Source of the DNA: a virus
Taxonomy: Duplodnaviria > Heunggongvirae > Uroviricota > Caudoviricetes
Direction: 5' to 3' (one strand)
Virus record (IMG/VR): IMGVR_UViG_2778261087_000003
Length of the DNA stretch: 64,000 nucleotides
Position numbers and translations under genes: made by a program. This document shows positions 61,701 to 64,000 of this stretch, piece by piece (position 1 is the first letter of the stretch; the number at the start of each line of letters is the position of its first letter). The notes under the pieces are model-generated. The model worked only from the letters and a program-made list of their open reading frames with translations, made no database searches and had not been told where the DNA came from.

Positions 61701-64000
61701 TGCTTTATGACTTCGTTGCTGCCGGACGTGTGGCCAGCGCAATGGATTCCGATTCCCATCGCAAAGAGGCGGCGCGTCGCCGGGTATTGTCGGAGTATTC
61801 AGATACCGGTACCGAAAAAGCAGAGAAGTATCCGTACTTTGAGGATATGGGCTTCGACAGCGTGATCGCCGACGAAGGCCACAACTACCGCAATAGCTAT
61901 AAAAATGGTCGCGAAGCGTCACAACTGGCCTATCTGCCCACCAGCGCGGTGGCGCAATCGGCGCGGGATATGGCAATTAAAAACGCGTACCTGATGAAAA
62001 AGAATGGCGGGCGCGGACCGGTTCTCCTGACTGCAACGCCAGTCGTTAACACCCCGATCGATGCATACAACATGCTTTCTCATGTTCTGCCGAAGGAATA
62101 CTGGCAGAAGATGGGGATCTACGGTCCTGATGACTTCGTTAAATTCTTCGGCAAGACCAGGCTGGAAACGGTACAGAAAATCAGCGGTGAAGTTGAAGAA
62201 AAAATGGCGCTGGTGGGCTTTGAAAACCTTGATGCGCTGCGCGGCATATTCCATCGCTGGACAACGCTTAAAACGGCGGAAGACGTTAAGGATACCGTGG
62301 AGATCCCGGAACTGGACGAACACCAGCAGGATGCACCACTTACTGAAGAACAACTGGCGGCGTATGAAGAATTACGTCAGCAGGCGGAAGCGGCAGCAAA
62401 AGCCAACAATGGCGTAACGACCTCGGTCAATGAAGACGGCGTGATTGAGCACGAGAAAGCCCGTCCGATCTTCTCAATAATCAGGGATATGGACCGCGTA
62501 TGTACTGACATGGACCTGTACTATCGCCGGATCACCTATCGTTTCCTGCCGGAGTACGCCGATGCGGTGCAGCAGCTGGCGGACAGTTTGCCTAAACAAG
62601 CCACCAGCGAAGACGACGACAGTGATGATTCAATCACGCAGCAATCGCAATACTCCCTGATAGATAAGGGCGAGTTTATTCAGTTGCAGGTTCCGGAAGC
62701 GTTCGAGCAGGAAGTGAATAAGCGCCTGGCCAGGTTTGGCATTGACGAACAGACCGTAACTCACCCCGTTACACCCAAATACGCGAAGCTGATCGCCACG
62801 CTGAAGGAGTTTTTCCCGGAAGGTAAGCAAATCATCTTCACGGACGAAAAAACGCAGCACCAGAAGCTCAAGCGCATTATCTGCAATGCTCTTAACCTTG
62901 AACCTTCAAAGGTGGGGATCCTGAATGCTCAGACGGTTGCCGAGGCAGGTAAAACCGGTAAGAAACTGAAAGCGGTTAAACCGCCGAAAGAGTTACCGGA
63001 TGAACCAACAGATGCACAGATAGCGAAATACAACGAGCAAATGGCTCTGTATGACGCCTATATCGCGCAGCAAAATGAAATGTCGTTGGGCGGTCTGGAA
63101 AAGATTGCAGCCGACTTCCAGGAGGGCCGGACTCCGATCATCATCTGCAACAAAAAGGCAGAGGTGGGTATCAACCTGCATCGAGGAACGACTGACATCC
63201 ATCATCTGACGTTGCCGTGGACTCCAGCCAGTATCGCACAACGTAACGGTCGCGGTGCCCGAGTTGGCTCCAACCGTGCAAGCGTTCGCGTTCACTACTA
63301 CTGCGGCAAGGGTTCTTTCGATGAATACCGACTGAAGACGCTGAAGCGTAAAGCAGGCTGGATCTCCGATATCCTCCGTTCAGATAAGTCAGAAATGGAG
63401 AACGCCGACGCCAACGATATGATCGAAATGCAGATGTATACCGCTAAGGATGATGGCGAACGTCTGGCAATGATGCAGGTTCAAATGGATAAGGCGAAAG
63501 CCGCGCAACGCGCTCGCCAGAAAGAACAGGCTACTATCGACCTTCAGAACTACATCAAGGCGCAGCACGCAGCTGGCGAGGATGTGGAGGTACTTACCGC
63601 TGAATTAGAGCGAAGCAAAGCGGAACTTGAAAAGACCACCGCCGAGGTAGCTAAATTCAAACAGGCGGTAATGGCCAAAGCAGCTGATAACGCAGACTGG
63701 AAAGCCCGCTGGGGTAGCGTCCATCACACAGACCGTACGTTGTTAGCACAGTATCGCGCGTCGTTGAAAAGCGCCATTCAGCGCAAGGCTAATATCTCTC
63801 AAGCCATCTCCCGCTATGAGAAATTATTGAACCGTACTCAGAAGGCCGCGACGGATATCAAACGCCTGCGCCCGCTGGTGGAGGATGCAATAAATAAAGG
63901 CATTCTGGATGTTGATCCTGACCTGGTTAACCATGCGAGTGAGTTCCTTGTTATCGGCGATCGCTCATGGCGTGTAGGCCAATACTACGATTGTGCCGGT
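58718..64000 (+). CDS. darB: Giant methyltransferase-helicase, DarB-like, 5' 1761 codons only (runs off the right edge)
   Basis: AAGGA RBS; SAM motif LEPSAGTGVF then DHVVGNVPFGG (NPPF-like); helicase motifs GFGTGLGKTTTALA, ADEGHNY, LTATPVVN, QRNGRGARVG; same frame checked at 59240, 61280 and 63962. Confidence 0.75.
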   Translation, partial: MNKLSMGVFRCSSVSEILKYIRAITSHRAPIKYGVEKVEGKSYDRLRREANQKAIDLLNSLVDGATLTDEQRQILAGYTGEGGIGGSVSEYYTPKPIAEGVWEIMKLYGADVGNTLEPSAGTGVFNETKPVGTVMTATEISSVSGRINQLLHPEDSVQISPFEQLAVSTPNDSFDHVVGNVPFGGRDNTRNIDKPYAEETDMGSYFMLRMLDKIKPGGFMCVIVPPSIVSGSNMKRLRLRLSRKAEFLGAHRLPTGTFDANGTSTVVDVVLMRKHPAEMAEKIPLVDEGTLESANVLWPTFISGKWFEKDGRRFVHGTQEKGFQGRIEVRADGQIDNQALKAKLIHRFESRIDWSLLDMAEPSPTADVVDEGEMRLINGVWQKYAGGRWIEADSGKELKIDAASYGADSWEALQRNLTTTEGRLGMTFTQMANVRDKYTTSISDDMVQLVDWINSQPEKYRERLYRGAMIGRMLIEYQDMKAAGHSAEQIEQQRLSLVSRLQAEIDRFGNPGRGPIAKLSGSGARAWFAFRGAIKLDGTISDELTGKLVTHDSSASYDSTSYQDTLRYLYSDLTRDPIQLDDFRLAFTGGLPASDEELLNLLASTPGIAVSPYGGIVPFARATSGDINEIVAPKQEFLSTLPDGPVKNNVLNQLAAIEEKRIKTPAENIRFKLNSRWFDRSVILEFLQENGYPDLRYVQSVQLEGDEMVSDTYHGGDGLFVGHRYGVVQRKDKETGEIRYEWDRKSGENATGFPAQLEKYLNGARIGGKDSATANGYREQMALLEDQFNKWIKTHDRYDELVAKYNDVFNSNIPYEHSGDPLGLKGLSGKRQPFDYQNSEVRRLSEDGRGILGFGTGLGKTTTALALEAFNYENGRSTRTAYVVPKSVLENWYYEAKEFLSEEAFSNYLFVGLDVLMDGDQIRQVPVLDENGKPVLGADGTPVMRDALKLADEATITARMNAIPHSNYRAVVFTKEQYARIPLRDDTVDEHAQDMLYDFVAAGRVASAMDSDSHRKEAARRRVLSEYSDTGTEKAEKYPYFEDMGFDSVIADEGHNYRNSYKNGREASQLAYLPTSAVAQSARDMAIKNAYLMKKNGGRGPVLLTATPVVNTPIDAYNMLSHVLPKEYWQKMGIYGPDDFVKFFGKTRLETVQKISGEVEEKMALVGFENLDALRGIFHRWTTLKTAEDVKDTVEIPELDEHQQDAPLTEEQLAAYEELRQQAEAAAKANNGVTTSVNEDGVIEHEKARPIFSIIRDMDRVCTDMDLYYRRITYRFLPEYADAVQQLADSLPKQATSEDDDSDDSITQQSQYSLIDKGEFIQLQVPEAFEQEVNKRLARFGIDEQTVTHPVTPKYAKLIATLKEFFPEGKQIIFTDEKTQHQKLKRIICNALNLEPSKVGILNAQTVAEAGKTGKKLKAVKPPKELPDEPTDAQIAKYNEQMALYDAYIAQQNEMSLGGLEKIAADFQEGRTPIIICNKKAEVGINLHRGTTDIHHLTLPWTPASIAQRNGRGARVGSNRASVRVHYYCGKGSFDEYRLKTLKRKAGWISDILRSDKSEMENADANDMIEMQMYTAKDDGERLAMMQVQMDKAKAAQRARQKEQATIDLQNYIKAQHAAGEDVEVLTAELERSKAELEKTTAEVAKFKQAVMAKAADNADWKARWGSVHHTDRTLLAQYRASLKSAIQRKANISQAISRYEKLLNRTQKAATDIKRLRPLVEDAINKGILDVDPDLVNHASEFLVIGDRSWRVGQYYDCAG

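Overview
The whole 64 kb window is temperate-phage DNA and appears to hold two different phage genomes, one nested in the other. All calls are from reading the sequence and the supplied ORF track; no database search was run, so family names are from memory and motifs. (1) Positions 1 to about 33.75 kb are a Mu-like transposable prophage that continues beyond the left edge. Its late arm is on the minus strand (21.8 kb down to 1): holin, SLT-type endolysin, i-spanin with embedded o-spanin, Mu-type terminase, portal, F, G, protease/scaffold I and major head T, then a contractile-tail module (sheath, tube, chaperone pair, tape measure, baseplate, 5' part of a tail fibre). Its early arm is on the plus strand (25.0 to 33.6 kb): Ner-like, DDE transposase A, AAA+ B, Gam, MazG-like, DUF2786, GemA-like, Mor-like. 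The two arms diverge from a central region (21.9 to 25.0 kb) carrying a c-like repressor, a lipoprotein, a Dam-family methyltransferase and a P-loop NTPase. This divergent layout differs from Mu itself and matches what I recall of BcepMu-type phages. (2) From about 33.75 kb to the right edge the sequence looks P1-like: sit (LT-domain injection protein) with its 5' end apparently cut by the Mu-like insertion, baseplate genes, R, tail fibre S and U, a Cin-invertible C-segment with cix sites and about 207-bp inverted repeats, holin-like genes, an hdf-darA-ddrA-ddrB antirestriction operon, three unknown genes, ssb, a SAR lysozyme, portal/protease-like genes, and the first 5.3 kb of a giant methyltransferase-helicase (darB-like). 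No rRNA, tRNA or CRISPR array was seen. The most interesting points are the nested insertion into sit, the central cargo island of the transposable phage, a possible DUF2829 (Tad2-like) domain protein and an acidic protein near the Dar genes, and two invertible host-range switches within 45 kb.
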